DNA from: Isosphaeraceae bacterium
GTDB lineage: Bacteria > Planctomycetota > Planctomycetia > Isosphaerales > Isosphaeraceae
Direction of reading: 5' to 3'
Assembly: GCA_046350035.1 (NCBI GenBank)
Contig: JAXMBD010000014.1
Location: forward strand, 53,077-117,076
DNA length: 64,000 nucleotides
Part shown: one piece after another, positions 1-9,956 of the stretch
How the letters are laid out: every line of letters begins with the position of its first letter
How positions within the stretch are numbered: position 1 is the first letter of the stretch
The notes under the pieces: model-generated
Databases searched by the model: none
What the model saw: only the letters and a program-made list of their open reading frames with translations
Told to the model about the DNA's origin: nothing
Program-made: the position numbers and the translations under genes

Positions 1-156
1 TAGGCATGGATCGGCCTTCTCGCGCTTCGCCCGCGGGGGAGGAGCGAGGGGATGTTGTCAAACAGATACGTTACGGACGGAAAGTCGTCAAAGGCGTGGA
101 GCGGTGGCGACGTCCGTTCGTGGCCTGACCTTAGGATGTTGCGTATGGGCCCGCCT

Positions 157-1176
157 TCAGGCGCGGGGGTGGGCATCTCGGTAGGCATCCAGGAGGCGCT
201 CTCGGGTAACGTGGGTGTAAATCTGGGTGGTCGTCAGGCGGCGGTGGCCCAGCAATTCCTGGACGCTCCGTAGGTCGGCGCCGCGGTCGAGCAGGTGGGT
301 TGCGAAACTATGGCGGAGGGTATGGGGGCTGGCGGTTCCATCCAGGCCGATCAGGAGTTGGCGATCCCGGAACATCCGGCCCACGCTGCGGGCGGTCAAC
401 CGGGTTCCCTTGCAGTTGAGGAATACGGCGGGTTCTTCATGCCGAAGGGGTTCACGCAACTGCAACCATCGTGCCAGCCAGTCGGTCGCCTCCTGCCCCA
501 AGGGGCAGAGTCGTTCCCGACGGCCCTTGCCGCGGGCCCGCACCAGGCCGGCCTCCAGGTCCAGGTCGTCGCGGTCCAAGGCCACCAGCTCTCCGACGCG
601 CAGGCCGCCGCCGTAAAGCGTTTCCAGCAGGGCCCGATCGCGGACGCCCGCCGGCTCCGAGGTCGGGATCGACTCCAGCAACTTGACCACCTGCTCCACG
701 CCCAGGGGGTGCGGCAGGCGCCTCGGCTGCCGGGGATTCTTCAGCACCGAAGAGGGATCCACCGTCACGGAGCCGGCCCGTCGTTGATGTCGAAAAAACG
801 ACCTCAGGCTCGCCAATCGTCGCGCGATGGTGCTGGCCGCATAGCCTTCGCCGCTCAACCACGCCGCGTAGCCGCGCAATCGACGAGCATCGACCGCCGC
901 GAGGTCGGTGATCGGCCGCGACAACCCGGCCAGGTAGGATCGGAAGAGGCCCAGATCCTCTCGGTACGATCGCAAGGTGTGAGGGGACGCATTCCGTTCC
1001 CGCTCCAAAGCCATCAAGAAGTCTTGCACTTGCCCATCAATTCGAGTGGGCTTGGGAGCTTCAGTGCATGCATCTTGAGGTATGGTCAAGGGCTCGGCAG
1101 GCGCGATGGTGCGGGCGTTGTTTCGCACAGCCGAGGGCATGGGTGGAAATTCTCCGAGAGGCCGTAGCATATCCAT
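157..1176 (-). CDS. tyrosine recombinase/integrase, XerC/XerD-like
   Basis: ORF 157..1365. C-terminal catalytic box 'HTLRHSFATHLLDRGADLRSVQELLGHRRLTTTQIYTHV' and N-terminal 'FLMALERERNASPHTLRSYREDL'. The first ~60 aa of the ORF are P/S/R-rich, so the internal ATG at 1176 is preferred; the start is uncertain. Confidence 0.85.
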   Translation of the reverse strand: MDMLRPLGEFPPMPSAVRNNARTIAPAEPLTIPQDACTEAPKPTRIDGQVQDFLMALERERNASPHTLRSYREDLGLFRSYLAGLSRPITDLAAVDARRLRGYAAWLSGEGYAASTIARRLASLRSFFRHQRRAGSVTVDPSSVLKNPRQPRRLPHPLGVEQVVKLLESIPTSEPAGVRDRALLETLYGGGLRVGELVALDRDDLDLEAGLVRARGKGRRERLCPLGQEATDWLARWLQLREPLRHEEPAVFLNCKGTRLTARSVGRMFRDRQLLIGLDGTASPHTLRHSFATHLLDRGADLRSVQELLGHRRLTTTQIYTHVTRERLLDAYRDAHPRA

Positions 1177-1664
1177 GGCCGAATCCGGCGGGATCGGCAG
1201 CTTCGGCGAGGAGGGCAGTCGAGGGAGGTTAGACGGACGGTAGAATGATGGCGAGAGCCTGATCCTTGACAGATCGGCCCGTGATCGCGGGTTCTCCCCG
1301 GACGCAACCCTTACGCATGGATCGTCGTTTTTGGGACACAGACTCGTGGGAATTTTGAAGATCAAGTGGACCGATCGGAACGATTTTGGCGTTTGATGGC
1401 ATGCGCTCCGTACTTTAACCGTCTACTTGCTCAAGTAAGCAAGAAAGGAGGCTTTGAAACAGGCTTATTCCATCGAATCGCGGAGAAAAAGAGTCCGCGT
1501 CGGGCATGAATTCGAGATGAATTCGCCCGTCCCGGGGCGGACGAAACATCGTGCCATCCCCGGCCCATTGAACCGGAGGGATGATTTGACCAGGGCGAGC
1601 CCCTCTCAAACCGGATTCCTTTCGCTCTCCGTGTGCAGGCCCGAGCTGTCGAGGACCGGTGTCG

Positions 1665-1682
1665 CCGGTCGGGCCCGACCGG
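1665..1682 (-). terminator. perfect 18-nt GC palindrome just downstream of fabD
   Basis: 'ccggtcgggcccgaccgg' lies 18 nt beyond the fabD stop codon (1700-1702). There is no clear U-tract, so its terminator function is only inferred. Confidence 0.3.
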
Positions 1683-1699
1683 ATCGGTCCCGACCGAGT

Positions 1700-2617
1700 T
1701 CAGCGGGCGGCCACGTGATTGCAAGCCATCTTGCGATCAATCCGCTTGAGCAGGCCGGTAAGGACCCGGCCGGGGCCGATCTCGTAGAACGTGTCGAACC
1801 CGTCGGCGAGCATCCTGCGGATCGATTCTTCCCAGCGGACTCCCTGCGTGACTTGCATGGCCAGGGTTCGCCGGATGGCGTTGGGATCTTCGGGGTGCGG
1901 GGCGGTATCGACGTTCGAATAGACCGGGATCCGCGTCGGACGGATTTCCATCGAGGCCAGCGCCTGGGCGAGCTCGTCGTCGGCCGGCTTCATCAAGGGG
2001 GTATGGAAGGCGCCGGCGACCGCCAGGGGGACGGCCTTCATGGCCCCCAGTTCGGTGGCGATCGGCTCGATCACCTCCAGGGCGGCGGCATCGCCGGAGA
2101 TGGCGACATTGTTCGGGCAGAGCATGTTGGCCTTCCAGGCGCGCCCCCCGCGTTCGGCGACCTGGCGGACGAGTTCGTCGAGTTTATCGCCGTCGAGGCC
2201 CAGGACGCTCGTCATGCCGCTGGGGGTGGCGAGGGAAGCGGCCTGCATCGCCTCGCCGCGCTTGCGGACCAGCTTGAGGCCCGTCTCGAAGTCGAAGGCG
2301 CCGGCGAAGCAGAGCGCCGTGTACTCGCCCAGGGACAACCCGGCGGCTCCGGCGCAGGTTTCGAACGCTGCGGGATGCTTGACCTTGAGGTCCTCAAGGG
2401 CCGCCAGGCTGGCGACGAAGAGGGCCGGCTGGCTGACGTCGGTGGCGTTCAGGGCGTCGGCGGGGCCTTCGAAACAGATCGCCTTGAGGTCGAAGCCGAG
2501 CACCTCGTTGGCGCGGTCGAAAAGGGACCGGGCCGCCGGCAGCTCGTCATAGAGTTGGCGGCCCATGCCGACGGCCTGGGCCCCCTGGCCCGGGAACAAG
2601 AATGCAATCTTGGCCAT
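1700..2617 (-). CDS. fabD: malonyl CoA-ACP transacylase
   Basis: 'MAKIAFLFPGQGAQAVGMG', active-site 'GLSLGEY', 'AGAFHTPLM'. ATG at 2617 is preceded by GGAAGGAG. The ORF track extends to 2779, but that extension is R/P-rich. Confidence 0.93.
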   Translation of the reverse strand: MAKIAFLFPGQGAQAVGMGRQLYDELPAARSLFDRANEVLGFDLKAICFEGPADALNATDVSQPALFVASLAALEDLKVKHPAAFETCAGAAGLSLGEYTALCFAGAFDFETGLKLVRKRGEAMQAASLATPSGMTSVLGLDGDKLDELVRQVAERGGRAWKANMLCPNNVAISGDAAALEVIEPIATELGAMKAVPLAVAGAFHTPLMKPADDELAQALASMEIRPTRIPVYSNVDTAPHPEDPNAIRRTLAMQVTQGVRWEESIRRMLADGFDTFYEIGPGRVLTGLLKRIDRKMACNHVAAR

Positions 2618-2669
2618 CCGGAAGGCTCCTTCCGTGGGGAGAGCGGGAAAGTACGGTCCTCGTCCTGGC

Positions 2670-3740
2670 TCAGGCCGGTGTGCCGGGCGTCTGCGCCAGT
2701 TGCTCGACGATGAGGCGGGAGACCCGATCATCCGCGAGCGTGCCGGCGACCCGGCAGGCGTTCTTAATCGCCCGGGCACCCGACGAACCGTGGCAGATGA
2801 GGCAGGCGCCCTTGATCCCCAGAAGCGGGCCGCCGCCGTATTCCTCGTACTCGTACCGGGCCTTGAGCTCGCGGAGCGACGCCACCACGCGGGCGCCGGC
2901 CTCGCTTCCGCCGCCGCCCAAGAGCGGGATCAAGCGGCCGAGTTCCTCCTTGATCGCGCCGAAGAGGAACTCGACGGCCCCTTCGCCGCCCTTCAGGAGG
3001 ACGTTGCCGGTGAAGCCGTCGCAGACGACCACTCGGGCGTGCCCGTCGTAGATATCGCGGCCTTCGACGTAGCCCACGAACCGGCCGGCGGCGGGGCCCT
3101 GGCGGAAAAGGTCGCGGGTGGCCCGGACCAGGTCGTTCCCCTTGTCTTCCTCGCTGCCGACGTTGAGGATGCCGATGGTCGGCTCCTCAACGCCGACGAT
3201 CTGCTGGGCGTAGATGGCCCCCATCACCCCGTACTGGTAGAGGTCTTCGGGCTTGGGGTTCATGTTGGCGCCGACATCGACCAGCACCACAGGCCCTTTT
3301 CTTGACGGGAAGACGACTGCAATCCCGGGCCGTCGGACGCCCGGCAGGAACATCTTGGCGTGGAACAAGGCCGAGGCGACCATGGCGCCGGTCGAACCGG
3401 CCGAGACGATCGCGCTGGCCTCGCCGGAGGCGAGCAGGCCCCAGCACTTCGAGATCGAATTGTCGCGTTTCTTGCGGAGGGCCTCGACGGGCTTCTCCTG
3501 CATGCCGATGACTTCCGAGGCGTGGACGATCGGCAGGCGATCGGCGGGGATCTCGCCGTGGCGTGCCAGCTCGGCCTCGATCTGGTCGCGGATCCCGACG
3601 AGGGCGACGGTCAGGCCCGGGATATCGCGGACGGCATGGACGGCGCCATCGACGATCGGCCCGGGGGCGTGGTCGCCGCCCATCGCATCCAGGGCAACCC
3701 GCATGGCGAGAGTCTCCGCATCGGACTGGCTGTTTAGCAT
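2670..3740 (-). CDS. plsX: phosphate acyltransferase PlsX
   Basis: 'MRVALDAMGGDHAP', 'VSAGSTGA', 'GFTGNVLLK', 'GACLICHGSS'. Start taken at M104 of ORF 2670..4049; ATG 3704 is an alternative. Confidence 0.9.
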   Translation of the reverse strand: MLNSQSDAETLAMRVALDAMGGDHAPGPIVDGAVHAVRDIPGLTVALVGIRDQIEAELARHGEIPADRLPIVHASEVIGMQEKPVEALRKKRDNSISKCWGLLASGEASAIVSAGSTGAMVASALFHAKMFLPGVRRPGIAVVFPSRKGPVVLVDVGANMNPKPEDLYQYGVMGAIYAQQIVGVEEPTIGILNVGSEEDKGNDLVRATRDLFRQGPAAGRFVGYVEGRDIYDGHARVVVCDGFTGNVLLKGGEGAVEFLFGAIKEELGRLIPLLGGGGSEAGARVVASLRELKARYEYEEYGGGPLLGIKGACLICHGSSGARAIKNACRVAGTLADDRVSRLIVEQLAQTPGTPA

Positions 3741-4020
3741 CGGTTCCGGCGGCGCGACCGCGTCAAGGGCGGGGGTTTTTGCCCTCTCGCAAACGGGATG
3801 GGGATCCCGATCGGCTACCGGGGAAACGGCTTGGGGCGATCGCTCGGCCCCGCCCTTGGGGCACCGCGTGTGGCCCGATCCTAGGAAACGGGGGAAGTCG
3901 CTGTCAAGCGCCCGGTCCGGCCCGGCTGCGCCCGAACGGATTCGGCCGAACTCGGCGGTTCCCCGTGGCCGATGGATCCCGGATGGCGGAGAATTGGCGC
4001 GAAATTCGGGGGGAACGCCC

Positions 4021-4647
4021 ATGATCAGGCGAATGCGGAGCGGGACCATGATTCGGGCCGCGGCGTGGATCGCCCTGGGAGCCCCGGCGGCCTGGGGTTA
4101 TCAGGAGTCGCCCGAGAGCGTGGCGGTCAAGGGCAGCCAGGCCCGTTTCCCGTCCCGGACGACGCTCGCCCGGGGCAAAGAGTCGGTCCCCCTGCGGCTC
4201 ACCGGCGCGGCCCTGCGGACCCGACTGGGATTCGGCGTATATGCCGTGGGCAGTTACGTGCAGGAAGGCACGGCGCTCAAGGAACCGTCCGACATCATCC
4301 GGGCCGATTGCGCCAAGGTGCTGGAGTTGGCCTTCGAGCGGAACGTGGCCGGCTCGACCATGTATGAGAACCTGGCGGCCAACCTCCGTGCGAACCACCC
4401 GGCCCCCGAATTCCAGGAAGAGCTTGCGAGGCTTTCGAAGTTCCTCCAGGCACACCCCGCAACCAAGGGGAGCGTGCTGCGGCTCGCCTACGACCCCGGT
4501 GCGGGCCTGAGCTTGACCGCGGGCGATGGGTCGGTCCTGGCCTACAACGGGCCGGAATTCGCGAGGGCCCTGTGGGGGATCTACTTCGGGCCGAGGCCGA
4601 TGGATCCCGCCATCCGCGCGGCCCTGACCGAACGAATCGTCCGCTAA
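4021..4647 (+). CDS. secreted chalcone-isomerase-like family protein
   Basis: C-terminal 208 aa of ORF 3253..4647. Signal-like 'MIRAAAWIALGAPAAWG', then 'LRLTGAALRTRLGFGVYAVGSYV', typical of the chalcone isomerase-like fold family. The upstream part of the ORF is antisense to plsX. Confidence 0.55.
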   Translation: MIRRMRSGTMIRAAAWIALGAPAAWGYQESPESVAVKGSQARFPSRTTLARGKESVPLRLTGAALRTRLGFGVYAVGSYVQEGTALKEPSDIIRADCAKVLELAFERNVAGSTMYENLAANLRANHPAPEFQEELARLSKFLQAHPATKGSVLRLAYDPGAGLSLTAGDGSVLAYNGPEFARALWGIYFGPRPMDPAIRAALTERIVR

Positions 4648-4761
4648 AAGATCCGGCATTGGACTTGCGGGGGCTCGTCGTCCCATAATGATGGGCCGAT
4701 CGATCGCCCCACACCTGGGCCCCCCATCCTCCACGTCGCAATCAACCCGGACGACACTACC

Positions 4762-5631
4762 ATGCGCACCGAAGGCCAGCGCGAGAGCGAGAACATTGAG
4801 GACCGTCGAGGGATGTCGGGGCCGGCGATGGCGACCGGCGGGATCGGCATCGTTGGAGTCCTGATCGTTGTCGTCTACTCGCTCCTCGGCGGCGACCCCC
4901 GCGACGTGCTCGACGTGGTCCAGCCGCCCGGACCGGGGGCGGGCCAGCAGGCCCCCGGCGAGCCTTATGAAGAGACCGCCGAGGAAGCGGAGGTGCGGAA
5001 GCGAGTCGCCGTGGTGCTGGCCGATACCGAGGACGTCTGGACCGAGGTCTTCCGCCAGGCCGGCAAGCGTTATGAACAGCCGACCCTGGTGCTCTACCGG
5101 GGCGCCACCGAGACCGAATGCGGCGAGGGCCAATCGGCGATGGGGCCGTTCTACTGCCCGGCCGACGCCAAGGTCTACCTCGACCTGGGATTCTTCGAGG
5201 AGTTGACCGAAAAGTTCGGCGCCCCGGGCGACTTCGCCCAGGCCTATGTTGTGGCGCACGAGGTGGGGCACCACGTCCAGAACCTGCTGGGCATCTCGAA
5301 CAAGGTTCACCGGCTCCAGCAGGCCGCAGGCAGCAAGGCGGAGGCGAACGACCTGTCGGTCCGCCTGGAACTCCAGGCCGACTTCCTGGCCGGCGTGTGG
5401 GCCAATCGCGCCAATAAGATGCGGGACATGCTGGAGCAAGGTGATATCGAGGCCGCCATGAACTGCGCCAAGGCGATCGGGGACGACCGGCTGCAGAAAC
5501 GCTCCACCGGGCGGATCGTGCCCGACGCGTTCACGCACGGTAGCTCGGCCCAGCGGGTCCGGTGGTTCAAGAAGGGCCTCCAGACGGGCGACATCAACCA
5601 GGGCGATACGTTCAACGCCGAGGATCTGTGA
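4762..5631 (+). CDS. ypfJ: YpfJ-family neutral zinc metallopeptidase
   Basis: N-terminus 'MRTEGQRESENIEDRRG', a TM helix, 'YCPADAKVYLDLGFF', zinc site 'HEVGHHVQN'. Confidence 0.88.
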   Translation: MRTEGQRESENIEDRRGMSGPAMATGGIGIVGVLIVVVYSLLGGDPRDVLDVVQPPGPGAGQQAPGEPYEETAEEAEVRKRVAVVLADTEDVWTEVFRQAGKRYEQPTLVLYRGATETECGEGQSAMGPFYCPADAKVYLDLGFFEELTEKFGAPGDFAQAYVVAHEVGHHVQNLLGISNKVHRLQQAAGSKAEANDLSVRLELQADFLAGVWANRANKMRDMLEQGDIEAAMNCAKAIGDDRLQKRSTGRIVPDAFTHGSSAQRVRWFKKGLQTGDINQGDTFNAEDL

Positions 5632-5636
5632 GATCG

Positions 5637-6260
5637 ATGCGACCCCGCCCGCTCGAAAACCCCGACCCGTACTGCCCGCGGTGCGGGACGACTCGGGCGG
5701 GCGACTCGTCCCTCTGTCCGGGTTGCGGCGAATCCTGGACGAGTCCGGGGTATTGCTCAACCTGCGAGCGCTACTGGTCGCTGCCCGAGGGCGTCGAATG
5801 CCCGAAGCATGGCCTACCCCTGGATGCCTGCCCGCAAGACGAAGCGTCGGCCGGGTGGCCCGCCGACGTGCCACTGGACTGGGTCACCGTGGAGACCTAC
5901 CCCCACCCCTACGCCGCACAGGCCGCCCGGATCCGTTTGGACGCCGAGGGTATCCCGACCTTCCTCGAAGGCGCCCGGATGGGAGAGAATACGCTCTATC
6001 AGAACGCCACCGGCGGCGTGAAATTGCAGGTCCCTCGCGCCCTGCAATCCGACGCCCGCATCCTGCTTTCGCAATCCTGGGCGGCGCCGACGGAGATCGA
6101 CGAGGCCGAGGACGAGGAGTGGGAAGAGCCGATTCGCGTCATCGAGGTCGCCGATGACCCCGGCCCGCAATCGCCCGCTCGGCCGATCGCGATGGCGACG
6201 GTTGGCCTCTGCCTGGCCGCGATCGCCTGGGCTGCGTGGACCTGGCTGGGATCCCGCTAG
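5637..6260 (+). CDS. zinc-ribbon plus DUF2007-like protein with C-terminal TM helix
   Basis: 'CPRCG..CPGCG', 'CSTC..CPKHG', then 'WVTVETYPHPYAAQAARIRLDAEGIPTFLEG' (DUF2007-type fold signature). ATG at 5637 lies 3 nt after the ypfJ stop. Confidence 0.55.
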   Translation: MRPRPLENPDPYCPRCGTTRAGDSSLCPGCGESWTSPGYCSTCERYWSLPEGVECPKHGLPLDACPQDEASAGWPADVPLDWVTVETYPHPYAAQAARIRLDAEGIPTFLEGARMGENTLYQNATGGVKLQVPRALQSDARILLSQSWAAPTEIDEAEDEEWEEPIRVIEVADDPGPQSPARPIAMATVGLCLAAIAWAAWTWLGSR

Positions 6261-6646
6261 GGACATCCGCCGCGGGCCGCGCCGGGTGTCTGCGGATCTC
6301 TCGGATCAGGTGGCCCGCTGCCGAAATCCTCTGCGGTCATCGGCGGTCCGGCAGGATTCGGGCTCGCGGATGCCTGCGCGGTCGATATGGCCCATCTCCC
6401 TCTGGTTTGGCTGGGACTTCCACGCATTCTCGCACGCGGCCTGGCCCGCAGCCAGCCCGGTATGGGTCGGTCGCGCGACCGTCGGCGAAGGCAGTGGTGA
6501 TCGCCCGCGAAACCCGGACCGGGATGGCATCCGCAGCGATGCCATGCGACTGGATTCTCGCCGCCCCGTCGTCCATGGACCTGGGGGCGGCGATCCCGAG
6601 GGGACGGGAAGCGAATCCGACCGATCCGACACGATCTCGATCGTCC

Positions 6647-9600
6647 TCAGTTCGCGAAGCTCGCGGCGAGCCGACCCGTGGGGATCGCCAGGAGTGTCAC
6701 CCGTGCCTTGGACCCCTTGCCGATCCGGGCCAGGGCATCGCCCCCAGGCAGGCGGTCGCGGTTGCCGTCGATCGCACGGCCGGAAGCGTCCATCAGCGCC
6801 TTGGGCAAGGTCCCGGAGATGCGAAGTTGCAGGATCCTGGTCAGGGCCAGCGGCCGGGCCAGGGTCAGTTTCACCAGGTTGGTGCCCGCCGAATATTGGG
6901 CCGATTTCAGCTTCACAACGGGGGCGGTCTTGCTGTCGAACGAGCCGCGGCGATCGGCCGTGGTGAGCTTGTAGTTGGCCAACGTCTGGGCCGATGCCTG
7001 GTTGAGGGCCCCGGTGAACGTCACGGTGAGCGTCGTCAAGGCCTTCGAGCGTGAGAGCGTCGGCTTGACCGTCGCGACCTGGACCGCGGGCACCAGGATG
7101 GATAGGGTGCCGCGGGCCGATCCCTGGTAATTCGGGTCGTCGATGGTGGCGGTCACATCGTAGTTGCCGGCGGCGGTCGGCCTCGCGACCGACCGGCCGC
7201 CCTCGAAGTAGGAGAGGATCACAGACAGGCCAGCGGGGTTTGTTGAGGCGGTCACCGCCTGGCCCTGGCCGTTGAACGGCACGCTCAGGTTGGACAGGGT
7301 CACCGACGCTTCGGCCTTCCTCGCGGCCACCGTACGACCGGGCGCTTCGGTCGCCAGGTGGTTGGCATCGCCGGCCTGGGTCGCGGTCAGAACGGCCGCG
7401 CCGGTACCGGTCGTCATGGTCACGAGGAACCCGCCCGTCGCATCGGGGACCACGGTGCAGCCCGTGCCGGTGAGCGCGACCGGCAGGCCCGAATCGCTGC
7501 TGGCGGTCACCCGGAAGGTCGAGCCGTAGGTCGCCGAGGCCGGCACGCCCACCAGGGCGATGGACTGCGACGCCGGGGCGATCACCAGGCCGGCCGAGCC
7601 ATCGACGGCCGGATCGAAGTTGGCGTTACCGGCGTAGGCGAAGGCTACCGAGTAGGTCCCGGCCGCCAGGCCGTGGAGGTCGATCGTGGCGGCGAACGAG
7701 CCGTCTTCCTGCACGGCCGCCTGCGCCGAGGCGTTGCCGATCGAGATCGAGACGACCTGGGCCGCCGGTACCGCCGTGGGGGCGATCAACCTGCCGGAGA
7801 CCACCGCCCCGCCCGCCTGGTTGTAGGTCGCGATCACCGGGGCCGAAATGCCAATGAACGTGGGGCGGGCCTTGACGACCCGGATCGAAGTGGTGGCCGC
7901 GGCGGTGGTGAAGCCGATCGGGTCGTCGGGCGTGAAGGCGACGTTCAGGACCTGCCCCGAGCCCGCCGGCAGCACCGTGCCGGCCGGCGGGCTGTAGGCG
8001 AACGTGCCGGGAGCCGAGGCGGTCGCGTCGAGTTGCAGGGCCGAAAGCGGCGTGCCGTACGCGATTTCCGCGGGGGTCGCCCAGGTGATCCGTGGCGTCA
8101 CCCGTCCGATCGCCAGGATCCCGGTGGCCGACTGCGCCCCGAGGCTGGCCGTGCCGGCGTAATCGGCCCGGATCGTGAACGATCCGATCGGCGTGCCGCC
8201 GGGGATCCGATAGGATACGCTCGCAACGCCGCCCATCACGGCCGCGGACTGCGGTTGGCCGACGACGGCCGTGCCGTTGAGGATCGTGAAGATCAACGAG
8301 CCCTCGCCCACCGTGCCGGCCGGGCTCGTCACGCGGGCGGAAAGCGCCACGTCCTGGTCGGCCCCGTTCGAAGGGGCCCCCACGCTGGGCACGGCCACGA
8401 GGGTTGACGCCTGCCGGACGATCAGCGACCCCGCGGCGTCGGCCTCCGCCGCTCGGAAGTTGGCCGACGGCTGATAGGCGGCCCGGATCGTGTAAGAGCC
8501 GGCCGACAGTCCCGGCGGCAGTGTATAAACGGCCATGGCCGAGCCGGCAGCCACCGCACCCGTCGTCGGGTTGCCCAGCGGGTTCCCGCCGGCATCGAGA
8601 ACCGTGAAGACGACAAGCCCGCCGTCCACCACGCCGGCGGGGCTGGAGACTGCGGCGGCCAGGCTTACCGACTGCGAGGGCACCGCGTAGGTGGTCGATT
8701 GCGCCGAGGCCGCCACGGTCGCATCGGCCGGGCTGATCGTCAGCGTCCGGTCGGCGGGGTTGAACGGCTGGAAGTTGCCGTTACCGGCGTAGGAGGCGCG
8801 GAGCCTGTACGAGCCGGCCGGAAGCCCCGCGGGCAGCCGGTAAGCTCCGACGGCCTGCCCTGACACGACCGTCGCCGTGGCCGACGTCCCGACCACGGAG
8901 GCGCCGTCGAACAACGTGAAGGTGACGACCCCACCGTCGACCGAGCCGGCCTGGCTCACCAGGCCCAGTGTGACACGGACCGACTGGTCGGATGCTCCGT
9001 TGTAGACGATCGGGTCGGCCGAAAAACCGCCCGCCAGCGAGGTTGAGGCGGCCGACACCGTCAAGACCCCGCGGGTATCGGCCGGCGAGGCGAGGAAGCC
9101 GCCGCTCCCCCCGTAGGTGACCTCAATCTGGTAAGCCCCCCCCGCCAGGCCCGGCGGCAGGGGCATTGAGGCGGAGGCACGCCCCTGGGCCACCGACCCG
9201 AAGACCGGCCCGGCGACAATGGTCGCGCCGCTCACCAGCCGGAACGCGACCGAGCCGCCATCGACGACCCCGGCCGTGCTGGTGACGGTGGCCGACACAC
9301 CCACGGCCTGCGAGGAAGCGCTGAAAACGGCCGAGGCCGAGGCGGCGGCGGATGCTGTGGACGCGGCGGCGATCGTCAGGGTCTGGCCGGAATCGACCGA
9401 GGTCAAGAAATTGGTGTTCCCGTTGTAAGTGGCCTGGATCGAGTAAGCCCCGGGGGCCAGGCCGGCCGGCAGGGGGTACGACACGGTCGCGACGCCCGAC
9501 GCCGAGACCGACGCCGATACCGAAGTCGTTCCGGGAACCGCCAAGCCCCCCTGCAGCAGCACGAACGCCACTTCACCGACGTTGACGATGGCCGTGCTGG

Positions 9601-9956
9601 TCACGGTGGCCGTCAAGTTCACCGACTGCGACGCGACCACGAAAGCAGTCGAGGCCGGCGCGGCGGCGACGGCCGTCGCCGCCGCGTTGACGACCAGCAC
9701 CTGCGTCGAGTTGATCGACGTGATGAAGTTCGTCGACCCGCCGTAGGTCGCCTGGATCGTGTAGCTGCCCGCACCCAGGCCCGCCGGCAGCGGGTACGAA
9801 ACCGTCGCGACGCCCGACGCCGACACGGCGGCCGACACCGTGGTCGTCCCCGCCACCGGCACGCCGCCTTGCAGGAGCGCGAACGACACCGAGCCGACAC
9901 CCACCACGGCGGCCGTGCTGGTCACGCTCGCCGTCAGGGTCACCGAGGCGGCGCCC
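6647..9956 (-). CDS. giant Ig-like-repeat surface protein, C-terminal fragment (frameshifted)
   Basis: ORF 6647..10216. Only residues from '...ASGAASVTLTASVTSTAAVVG' onward look like protein; the first ~85 aa are R/P/C-rich junk. Repeated ~105-aa modules end in 'Y.LP.GL..GSY.I.A.Y.G..NF'. A C-terminal Ig-like module is present ('VTFTGALNQASAQTLANYKL'). Confidence 0.8.

Noticed and set aside
1454-2713. 419-aa plus-strand ORF starting at a TTG just after a strong AAAGGAGG sequence at ~1444-1451
   Set aside because: The spacing between GGAGG and the TTG is only 2-3 nt. The ORF runs antisense through all of fabD and has junk composition. The Shine-Dalgarno-like word may be fortuitous or serve something too short to call.
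3904-5874. 656-aa minus-strand ORF spanning the chalcone-isomerase-like and ypfJ genes
   Set aside because: R/G/P/A-dominated composition with no recognisable motif. It is antisense to two genes with clear family signatures. This is a typical shadow ORF of a ~70% GC genome.
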